Source of the DNA: an uncultured Anaerolineales bacterium
Lineage (GTDB): Bacteria > Chloroflexota > Anaerolineae > Anaerolineales > UBA11858
Reading direction: 5' to 3'
Assembly (NCBI GenBank): GCA_964618295.1
Contig: CAZTWV010000014.1
Coordinates: forward strand, 1,288 to 65,287
DNA: 64,000 nucleotides
Shown here: positions 48,998 to 57,757 of the stretch, piece after piece
Numbering within the stretch: position 1 is the stretch's first letter
Layout of the letters: each line of letters starts with the position of its first letter
The notes under the pieces: model-generated
Told to the model about the DNA's origin: nothing
Database searches by the model: none
What the model saw: only the letters and a program-made list of their open reading frames with translations
Made by a program: the position numbers and the translations under genes

Positions 48998-49264
48998 TCA
49001 GCCCGCAGTTACATCGGCGGTCATCACCAGCTGGTCGTTCTCCGGGACGCCGGCTTCTGCCAGGGTTTCTTCTTCCTGCAGTTCGCGGCCCAGGGCTTTG
49101 CTGTCCAGCCGGTAGCCCATCGGGCGGCCGTCCGGACCGGTGGTCGGCAGCTCCAGTGAGGTGGTCAGCTCCGGGATCAGATCCCGGATTTCAACATCAT
49201 CGGGGACTTCAGCGGTGCGGGTGCCTCCCGAGGGGAGCACCAGGGTTAAGGTTAGATCGGCCAT
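48998..49264 (-). CDS. ubiquitin-like beta-grasp protein (88 aa) ending ...TADVTAG
   Basis: RBS ggaggt is present. Size and alternating pattern are typical of a beta-grasp fold. The protein ends in Gly directly before the stop. It is a paralogue of the N-terminal domain of the adjacent E2 (63/88 identical by manual count). Confidence 0.75.
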   Translation of the reverse strand: MADLTLTLVLPSGGTRTAEVPDDVEIRDLIPELTTSLELPTTGPDGRPMGYRLDSKALGRELQEEETLAEAGVPENDQLVMTADVTAG

Positions 49265-49318
49265 GCTTTTACCTCCAGGGTAGTGTTCTGATTTATGGTC
49301 TCTGATGATAAAAAGTAA

Positions 49319-50173
49319 TTATTTCAGGCGGATATTGGGTTTTGATTTTTTGGTTTCTTTAATTTTGACCCGGGTCGGGCGCAGCAGCTCGCGGTTGTCA
49401 ACTGGAAAGGCATTCGGGTTTTTCTCGCGGTAGCTCCGGCTCCAGCGGGCAGCTTCCGGATCCCAGGGAAAAGGCGGTCGGGAGGGATCATCATGATAGT
49501 TCTTATACTGAACCATTTCACCGATCATCAGCACCAGACGGTCCAGGGATCTGCTGGCTGTCCACCAGGCAGCGTCGACGCAAACTGAACCGTTCTGGTG
49601 ATTGATGTTCGGGTGCCAGATTGGGGTCAGCCACTGCATCCCAGGCCAGCGCTGGGGATACTGGTTGTGAAGGTAGATCTCCACCTGGTGGTTGCTGCCA
49701 ATTTTGGGCTTGCCCTGTTTGTTGACCCCGACCACCCCCTTGCAGGTATAGGTCACGGTGTAGCGTTCGGGCGGAAGGCCTTTGCGGGCTGCTTCTGACT
49801 GAAATGAAATTAAATCGCTCCGGGAGGCCAGCTCCTGCATCCGCTGGTAATCGGCCCGCAGGCGGCGCATCCTTGGGCTTTGGTCGAGGGATATCCGGCT
49901 GTTCTTTGCGCCTGCCGTGATATCGGCCGTCAGCACCAGCCGGTCCTCTTCCGGGATACCGGCATCGGACAGGGTCTCGTTCTCCTGCAGCTCCCTGCCC
50001 AGGGCTTTGCTGTCCAGCCGGTAGCCCATGGGGCGGCCGTCGGGTCCGACGGTCGGTAAACCGAGCAGCGAGGTCAGCTCGGCCAGCAGATCGCGTACAG
50101 CGACATCATCGGGGATTTCCGCTTTGCGGGCTCCGCCGTTAGGCAGTACGATGGTCACGTCCAGTTCTGGCAT
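49319..50173 (-). CDS. Ubl - E2 (UBC-fold ubiquitin-conjugating enzyme) fusion protein
   Basis: Residues 1-88 form a Ubl domain. These are followed by E2 helix-1-like RMRRLRADYQRMQEL, then YPQRWPGMQWLTPIWHPNINHQNGSVCVD, which is the canonical UBC YP..pP...f.t.i.HPN(I)...G.(I/V)C motif with the catalytic Cys. Confidence 0.8.
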   Translation of the reverse strand: MPELDVTIVLPNGGARKAEIPDDVAVRDLLAELTSLLGLPTVGPDGRPMGYRLDSKALGRELQENETLSDAGIPEEDRLVLTADITAGAKNSRISLDQSPRMRRLRADYQRMQELASRSDLISFQSEAARKGLPPERYTVTYTCKGVVGVNKQGKPKIGSNHQVEIYLHNQYPQRWPGMQWLTPIWHPNINHQNGSVCVDAAWWTASRSLDRLVLMIGEMVQYKNYHDDPSRPPFPWDPEAARWSRSYREKNPNAFPVDNRELLRPTRVKIKETKKSKPNIRLK

Positions 50174-50196
50174 AAGGTTCTCCTTCTTGCAGTCTT

Positions 50197-51006
50197 TCAG
50201 GGGTGGGAATGGGGGATCTGGCAGGTGCCGGTGATTCCCCAGCAGTCAGTGTGATGGCGGGTTTTACAGATCGGGCAGATCTTCACGCCCCGCGGGTCGT
50301 GTTCCTGGACAGGCTCCAGGCAGTAGGGGCAGATGTGCTCCACATCACCCACGAATGTAATCCCGCTGGCACGGGCGGGCGATTTACTCCTCTTGATTTT
50401 GGGCAGAGAAAGGTTGGGCTTCTGGTTGATCCGGGCCCGGATTGTACGGGTAGGTTCCCGATGCTGGCGGGTCCGGTTCAGGCGGGCTGAATCAGAGAAT
50501 CGTCCGAAAGAAAGCTGGCGGGCCGGGGGCTGGCTGGTCCGATTTTCCTCTGTTCTTGCTGTGGGCTGGATCAGCGGTTTGCGGAAAGCCCGCAGCGCCA
50601 GCATCAATCCGGCGGCAGCCAGGAAAAGCTGGATTAAAGCCTCCCAGTTCGGCCCGGTTTTCGGGGAGGAAAGGGTAATTCCCAGGAATCCTCCCGACAG
50701 GAGCCGGAAGAGCAGCAGGCTGAGGGTGGCAGCGCTGAAAGCAGTCAAGTTCCGAAGCAGCGGAGAATTCTCCCTTAATATCCGACGGGCGGAGAAGCCG
50801 GACAGCAGGCCAACAGCCAGCGGCAGGGTAAATTTCAGCAGGAGATAGGGGACAGCGTGCCGCGCAAAAAAGACCAGCAGCAGGGGCAGGCTGAGCAGGA
50901 CGGTTTGCAGGGCAGTGATCACAATTTTGCCTGCTGCCGAGTGCACAAATCTGTCTAGGGCGGTGGAACCGGTTTTCACCATCAGCGCTCCGCTGTGAAC
51001 CTTCAC
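50197..51006 (-). CDS. membrane protein (about 4 TM) with C-terminal prokaryotic RING-like Cys/His zinc finger (candidate E3)
   Basis: Four hydrophobic helices and a basic/Ser-Pro-rich linker are followed by CPYC-x14-CPIC-x4-H-x2-C-x6-C-x3-H at the extreme C-terminus. The GTG start overlaps the E1 stop (GTGA). Confidence 0.65.
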   Translation of the reverse strand: MKVHSGALMVKTGSTALDRFVHSAAGKIVITALQTVLLSLPLLLVFFARHAVPYLLLKFTLPLAVGLLSGFSARRILRENSPLLRNLTAFSAATLSLLLFRLLSGGFLGITLSSPKTGPNWEALIQLFLAAAGLMLALRAFRKPLIQPTARTEENRTSQPPARQLSFGRFSDSARLNRTRQHREPTRTIRARINQKPNLSLPKIKRSKSPARASGITFVGDVEHICPYCLEPVQEHDPRGVKICPICKTRHHTDCWGITGTCQIPHSHP

Positions 51007-52652
51007 GATCCTGAATCCTTCAGTCTAATCCGTCCCGCTGCCGGGTTTTGTTCTGGATCCTGGATGCGGATTGATTTACCAATCTTAATCCGCTCCCGGA
51101 GAGGGACTTCGGAAGCGGTCGGTTCAAAATGATTAAAATGGAGGGTTTCGTCGAGGTCCCCGGTCAGCTCGTAGAAGCGGTATTCGTAGCCGTCATTGGC
51201 CCGCAGGATATGCAGGGGAGGGACCCCGATGCTGGCCAGGGTGTGATCCAGGAAATCCTCTTCCCCGGTGATCAGGTGGGTCAGCTGGACCTCGCGCATT
51301 GCCCCGCAGCCGGGACAGTGGGCGGCTTCAAAGCTGACCGCGGAAAGCGGCTGCAGGGTCCGTTCCAGGGTCTGGCAGGTCCCGCATTCCAGGGCTAAAA
51401 CCAGCTCCTGGTCGAGCTCAATCACCGCCTGGTCCCCGAGGTCGACCCGGATCACCTGTAAAAGTTCTTTCAGGGTCGTGGTTCCGGCGCTGAGGGGTAA
51501 TTCGGTCACCTCGCCGTAAATCCAGTGACTCTCGCAGTCCTCGCGGGCGGTGTAAGCCGTGGTGTGCATCTGGTTGTTAAGGCCGTTGTAATGCACCACT
51601 TTTCCGGCCGGGACATCCATATCGTGGATCAGCTTGAGCGCTTCCTGGGACTGCATGGCGCCGATGATCGAGGCAATGGTCGGGGTGGTGGGGACCTTTC
51701 CCAGCAGAATGTTCTGGCGGGCCAGGAGGGGACAGGAGTAGCGCAGGGCCAAATCGCGGCGGGCCTGCTCGGTCAGGGTGCATTCGTAGCAGGCGCCCTG
51801 ACCGGGAATGAAAACCCGCACCAATCCCAGCAGTTCCTGGATGGCGCCGTCCACCCAGGGTTTGTTCATCCAGTGGGCAAAACGGTTAACCGCCAGACGG
51901 GCTTCCCGGTTGTCCAGGCAGCCGATCACCACATCCATCCGGCGCACAATCCCCAGGCCGAGGTCGGTGGTGACATCGCCGTGCAGATACTGGACCCGGG
52001 TCTGGGGGTTGAGCTCCTTGCCGCGGGCGGCGACCACCTCGGCTTTCTGGCGCCGGGCATCGGACTCCCGGAAGAGCACCGAGCGGCTCAGGTTGGCGGC
52101 TTCAATGGTGTCAAAATCAATGACGAAAATTTTCCCGACCCCCATCAGGGCCAGGTTTTTGACCACTTCGTTGCCCAGGGCACCGGCTCCAACCACCAGC
52201 ACACTGGCATCAGCAACTTTATCGCGCTCCCACCAGCTGATAAAATCAAAGGTTCCCAGGCGGTCGGTTTTCAGGTTGGGGATCTTGAGCGGTTTTTCCT
52301 TGGCTACCGGCAGGCGCCTGGGACCGTCCGGTCCTTCGCCGGGGCGCTGGATCTTGATTGGTTTGGCAGGCCTGGTTTCATCCTGGGCCAGTCCGGCGGC
52401 CCGGACCAGGTTGTCGCCCTTCAGGGGATGCACAAACCAGCCCACCCCGGGCCGGGCTTCAATCAAGTTGTGCTCGGCCAGGATTTTTAAGGCTTCGCGC
52501 AGACTGGAGCGGCTGACATCAAGCTGTTTGCCGAGTTCGCGCTCGCCGGGAAGGTGCTCCCCGGGCTGGAAATCCCCGTTCAGGATCCGGGCGGCGATCT
52601 GTCCGGCGACGATTTCCGAAAGCGATTTGCGGGGCAGGGGTTGAAGGTTCAT
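51003..52652 (-). CDS. GntR-type winged-HTH fused to E1-like (ThiF/MoeB/UBA) adenylating enzyme
   Basis: wHTH: LPGERELGKQLDVSRSSLREALKILAEHNLIEARPGVGWFV. E1: VLVVGAGALGNEVVKNLALMGVGKIFVIDFDTIEAANLSRSVLF, plus CxxC pairs CYEC and CPGC (and CGTC). The start is set at the ATG at 52652, because the ORF-track extension to 52790 runs through an intergenic repeat. Confidence 0.8.
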   Translation of the reverse strand: MNLQPLPRKSLSEIVAGQIAARILNGDFQPGEHLPGERELGKQLDVSRSSLREALKILAEHNLIEARPGVGWFVHPLKGDNLVRAAGLAQDETRPAKPIKIQRPGEGPDGPRRLPVAKEKPLKIPNLKTDRLGTFDFISWWERDKVADASVLVVGAGALGNEVVKNLALMGVGKIFVIDFDTIEAANLSRSVLFRESDARRQKAEVVAARGKELNPQTRVQYLHGDVTTDLGLGIVRRMDVVIGCLDNREARLAVNRFAHWMNKPWVDGAIQELLGLVRVFIPGQGACYECTLTEQARRDLALRYSCPLLARQNILLGKVPTTPTIASIIGAMQSQEALKLIHDMDVPAGKVVHYNGLNNQMHTTAYTAREDCESHWIYGEVTELPLSAGTTTLKELLQVIRVDLGDQAVIELDQELVLALECGTCQTLERTLQPLSAVSFEAAHCPGCGAMREVQLTHLITGEEDFLDHTLASIGVPPLHILRANDGYEYRFYELTGDLDETLHFNHFEPTASEVPLRERIKIGKSIRIQDPEQNPAAGRIRLKDSGS

Positions 52653-52853
52653 AGGGTTTTGTCCGGGGTACTGGTATGCTGGTCTGACCGGTATACCGGG
52701 TTTATAGCAGATCGGGCCCGCCTTGTCAAGCGGGGGCTGAAAAACCCTGCCAGCGTCCTCGCTGGCGTGACTTTTATTCTCTTGAAGCATTCAAGGCTTC
52801 GGGATATTTCCTCTTTCCCCGCTGGTTTTCGGTCGGTGATATGCTTGGACACA

Positions 52854-52970
52854 CTCATCAGCGAGGACGCTGATGGGAGCTTGGATAGATAGCCAACCTC
52901 CGGGGTACCTGCGTGACCTTGGAAGTTGAGGGTGACGTTCCGGGTGAGTAATCTGGTTTTATCTGCCCGG
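52854..52970. repeat. 117-bp direct repeat, copy 1
   Basis: ctcatcagcgaggacgctgatggg...gccaacctccggggtacctg...ctggttttatc.gcccgg aligns with 53283..53399. Confidence 0.75.
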
Positions 52971-53002
52971 CTGCTGAAGTAGCGGGCTGGTCCTGAAACA
53001 CC

Positions 53003-53034
53003 CGGAGATCAACGGCAAGCTCCGGGAGTGCTCC
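53003..53034. repeat. 32-nt exact repeat (hairpin cggag..ctccg), copy upstream of the atp operon
   Basis: cggagatcaacggcaagctccgggagtgctcc is identical to 60737..60768. Confidence 0.8.
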
Positions 53035-53042
53035 AGCTCTGC

Positions 53043-53166
53043 TGTCATTGCGAGGAGGCCGCCAGGCCGACGCGGCAATCTTCTTGAATTGGAACGATCC
53101 TATTAGTAATTCAGATGATCATTTCTTCCTGAGATATAGATTGCTTCGCTTCGCTCGCAATGACAA
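53043..53166. repeat. MITE-like ~124-bp element (copy 2)
   Basis: tgtcattgcgaggaggccgccaggccgacgcggcaatct...agattgcttcgcttcgctcgcaatgacaa has a perfect 12-nt TIR. It is in direct orientation relative to 46181..46304. Confidence 0.75.
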
Positions 53167-53282
53167 AAGAAAAATTCGCTCCAGCCAGTGTTTCGCACAG
53201 GTGTATTGGAAGGGAAGACCTCCGAGGTCTGGATCTGCTGCCAGCCGCAGTCGGTGTTCGGCCGGCGGCATGTTCGGATAAT

Positions 53283-53399
53283 CTCATCAGCGAGGACGCT
53301 GATGGGTGCTTGGATGGATAGCCAACCTCCGGGGTACCTGGGTGATCCCGGAGGTTGGTGGACCCGTTGCGGGTGAGTATGCTGGTTTTATCCGCCCGG
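53283..53399. repeat. 117-bp direct repeat, copy 2
   Basis: See 52854..52970. The two copies bracket MITE-like copy 2. Confidence 0.75.
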
Positions 53400-53519
53400 A
53401 GGATAAATTGGAAACTGATCAGTGATCACAGATCACCGGGTTGAAAATACTAATTACTACCTTACGATTTACTGATCACTGCTCCGGCCGTCCATTCTGA
53501 TAATAAGTTAACCTGGTTT

Positions 53520-53528
53520 TGCTATAAT
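53520..53528 (+). promoter_or_regulatory. candidate extended -10 promoter (TGcTATAAT) for the atp operon
   Basis: tgctataat lies 92 nt upstream of the atpD GTG. No convincing -35 element is present. Confidence 0.3.
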
Positions 53529-53613
53529 CTGGGATAGATACATTGCCGACTGGTGTTTATTCAGCCGGAGACCACACAACAACAAGTTAAAAGGATCACA
53601 GCGAAGGGAGTGA

Positions 53614-55379
<1,766 letters not shown>

Positions 55380-55383
55380 GCCC

Positions 55384-55677
55384 ATGAACGAAGAATCGGA
55401 CCGCTCCCCTGAAAAAATATTTCCCGCTCTGGTCCGGGAAGGGCTGGGTGTGCTCAGCATCGGCTGGGATCTGGCTCTCCCCATAGTCGGCGGGGTGCTG
55501 CTCGGCCATTTTCTGGACCAGTGGTTGGGCTCCGGATACACCTTCACGCTGGGTTTGCTGGTGCTGGGGGTGATGATCGGTTATTTCAATCTTTCCCGGC
55601 TGATACACCGCCTGAATCAGCAGGATAAGAAACGGAAAGAGCTGGAAGAAGGGACCGGGGAGGAGAAAGACGGATGA
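55384..55677 (+). CDS. atpQ: AtpZ/AtpI-like small membrane protein of N-ATPase operons
   Basis: Two TM helices (GLGVLSIGWDLALPIVGGVLLGHFLD and FTLGLLVLGVMIGYF). The position after atpC matches the N-ATPase gene order. Confidence 0.6.
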   Translation: MNEESDRSPEKIFPALVREGLGVLSIGWDLALPIVGGVLLGHFLDQWLGSGYTFTLGLLVLGVMIGYFNLSRLIHRLNQQDKKRKELEEGTGEEKDG

Positions 55678-55955
55678 TGAGCTGGGTCTGGCTCCTGGTT
55701 GGACTGGGCACGGGACTGGTGATCTGGTTTTCCCAGCGGTCAGCGGTCAAACGCCTGACCCCGGAACGGGCTGCGGCCGGCCGGAGGTCGATTGTGCTGG
55801 GTGCCGTGCTGCGCTGGACCTTGAGCGCCCTGGTCCTGATTCTGGCCCTGGAGCAGGGGATTGGAAGCGGTCTGTTCGCTTTTGGAGGTCTGATGACCGC
55901 CCGCTGGCTGGGGATTTTTTCCTTGCAGGTTTTTCCCCTGCCGGAAATTGAGTAA
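55674..55955 (+). CDS. atpR: N-ATPase AtpR-like membrane protein
   Basis: 93 aa with 3 TM helices and intramembrane/interfacial Arg residues (LRWTLSAL, TARWLGIF). Coupled by ATGA to the preceding gene. Confidence 0.55.
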   Translation: MMSWVWLLVGLGTGLVIWFSQRSAVKRLTPERAAAGRRSIVLGAVLRWTLSALVLILALEQGIGSGLFAFGGLMTARWLGIFSLQVFPLPEIE

Positions 55956-55976
55956 AGGATGAGGAGGATTTAAGCT

Positions 55977-56645
55977 ATGCAGGAAGTATTTCCGGAGGTT
56001 GCCTTCACCGTGATGGGGATTCCGGTTCGTGATACCGTGGTTTCATCCTGGGTGATGATGGCTCTGATTGTGGGGCTGGTGCTGCTGGTCCGGCGCTTGA
56101 AACCGACCGCCCTTGAGATGGTGGTTGATTTCCTGACCGATTTTATCAGCGAGATCATGCGCCGGCCGGCCGGTCCCTTTTTGCCCCTGGTGGGATCGCT
56201 GGCGCTGTATATCGGTGTCGCCAACGTGATCGGCCTGGTGCCTTTCTTGAAGTCGCCTACCAGCGATATCAACACCTCGATTGCCCTGGCACTGGTTGTT
56301 TTCGTAGCCGTGCATGTCTACGGGGTCCGGATCATGGGGCTGGGTGCCTACATAAAAAGCCTGGCCTCCCCGATTTTCCTGCTGCCCCTGGAGCTGATCA
56401 GCCAGGTCAGTCGGACAATTTCCCTCAGCATCCGGCTTTTCGGCAACGTCTTCAGCGCGGAGATTATCATTGCGATTTTGTTTGCCCTGGCACCGCTGAT
56501 TGTGCCCCTGCCTCTGCAGGGATTCAGTATTTTTACCGGCCTGCTGCAGGCCTATATTTTCGCCGCCCTGGCCGCGGTCTATATCGCGGCCGGCCTGCCA
56601 GCCCGGCAGGAAGAATCCGGGGCGGAAGCAGAAATTGAAAACTAA
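55977..56645 (+). CDS. atpB: ATPase a subunit
   Basis: Conserved stator arginine context ISLSIRLFGNVFSAEI (R-x-x-G-N). 5-6 TM helices. Confidence 0.85.
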   Translation: MQEVFPEVAFTVMGIPVRDTVVSSWVMMALIVGLVLLVRRLKPTALEMVVDFLTDFISEIMRRPAGPFLPLVGSLALYIGVANVIGLVPFLKSPTSDINTSIALALVVFVAVHVYGVRIMGLGAYIKSLASPIFLLPLELISQVSRTISLSIRLFGNVFSAEIIIAILFALAPLIVPLPLQGFSIFTGLLQAYIFAALAAVYIAAGLPARQEESGAEAEIEN

Positions 56646-56688
56646 AAAAGCTTAGAACAATTTATGGAAAAAGAGAAGGAGTAGATTT

Positions 56689-56961
56689 ATGGCTGAAATG
56701 GATCCCGGTACCCTTGTTACCATCGTGACAATTATTATCGCAGGACTGGGCATGGTGATTGGTGCCATCGCCCCGGCCATGGCCGAAGGCCGGGCGGTGG
56801 TCAAAGCGCTGGAGAGCATTGCCCGCCAGCCGGATTCCGCCGGCGACCTGCGCACCACACTTTTGATTGCTATGGCTCTGCTGGAGTCGACGGCGATTTA
56901 TGTCCTGCTGGTGGTCTTGATCTTATTGTTTGCCAATCCGCTGCTGGACCGGTTCTTCTAA
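56689..56961 (+). CDS. atpE: ATPase c subunit with Na+-binding-type (two-carboxylate) motif
   Basis: Hairpin with the ARQP loop. Helix 1 has AMAEG (Glu at the I. tartaricus Q32 position). Helix 2 has LLESTAIY (E-S-T...Y ligand set). Confidence 0.85.
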   Translation: MAEMDPGTLVTIVTIIIAGLGMVIGAIAPAMAEGRAVVKALESIARQPDSAGDLRTTLLIAMALLESTAIYVLLVVLILLFANPLLDRFF

Positions 56962-56974
56962 AAAAGGAGGGAGG

Positions 56975-57757
56975 ATGCTGAATCTGAACATCCCGACCAT
57001 CATTTTCGAGGTCATTAATTTCCTCGTATTGACCGGGCTGCTTTACATGCTGCTCTTCCGGCCCATCCAGCGCCAGGTCAACAGCCGGGCGGAAGAAAAG
57101 GAACGGCAGCAAGAGGAAATCGCCCGGAAACTGGCTCAGGCAGAATCAATGCGGGACGAGCTGGACCAGCGGCTGCAGAATGTGGACCAGCAGGTCGATG
57201 AGATTCTCAGTGAAGCCCAGGAGCGGATGGAGGAGATCCGGCGGAGCACGATTAACACCGCCCGCCAGGAGGCCGAGCGGATCATCAAAGCCGCCGCCTC
57301 GGAATCCGGCCAGCTCCAGGAAAAGGCAGTCAGCGATCATATGGATGAAATCCTGGATGCCATCCGTGAGGTCAGCCAGCGGGTCATCCGCGAGACCACC
57401 CCGGACGAAGTTCACAACCGGCTGGTGGTGGAGCTCAATGACCGGATCTGGCAGCTTGGGTCGGGCGAAATGGACCAGGTCCAGGCCATCCGGCGTTCGC
57501 TGGACGAGCGTTCTCCGACGGTTTTCGCTGAATCGGCCCGGCCCCTGGATGAAAAACAGGACCGGGAGCTGCGGGACACCCTGAGCGCCCTGATTGACAA
57601 AGAAGTTGACCTGGAAGTGAGCACGATGCCGGAACTGATCGGGGGCCTGCGGGTCCGGGTGGGGGATACCCTGATCAACAATACCCTGGCTGCGAAATTG
57701 GATGAAATCCTCAGCCAGGCCTCGGAAGCGATCCGGGAGCGAATGGAACATGTCTGA
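56975..57757 (+). CDS. atpF: ATPase b subunit with delta(OSCP)-like C-terminal extension
   Basis: ATG at 56975 after aaggaggg. An N-terminal TM helix and long charged helix are followed by a C-terminus ELIGGLRVRVGDTLINNTLAAKLDEI resembling the delta/OSCP signature. No separate atpH is present. Confidence 0.75.
   Translation: MLNLNIPTIIFEVINFLVLTGLLYMLLFRPIQRQVNSRAEEKERQQEEIARKLAQAESMRDELDQRLQNVDQQVDEILSEAQERMEEIRRSTINTARQEAERIIKAAASESGQLQEKAVSDHMDEILDAIREVSQRVIRETTPDEVHNRLVVELNDRIWQLGSGEMDQVQAIRRSLDERSPTVFAESARPLDEKQDRELRDTLSALIDKEVDLEVSTMPELIGGLRVRVGDTLINNTLAAKLDEILSQASEAIRERMEHV

Noticed and set aside
48998-50173. The two similar Ubl sequences as an assembly duplication artefact.
   Set aside because: The copies differ at 25 of 88 residues. 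They have different flanks (own RBS and stop versus fusion to E2) and lie in one continuous operon. This is consistent with a genuine paralogous duplication.
52653-52790. N-terminal 46-codon extension of the E1 ORF given by the ORF track.
   Set aside because: The extension runs through the 21-mer hairpin repeat (52750..52770), which also occurs in the left intergenic region. The wHTH begins right after the internal ATG at 52652.
53048-53281. 77-aa ORF (…LRYRLLRFARNDKRKIRS…) and neighbouring small ORFs at 53188..53376 and 52554..52892.
   Set aside because: They are read straight through the MITE-like element and the 117-bp repeats. The same DNA recurs at 46181..46304 in a non-coding context, so the peptide is a translation artefact of the repeat.
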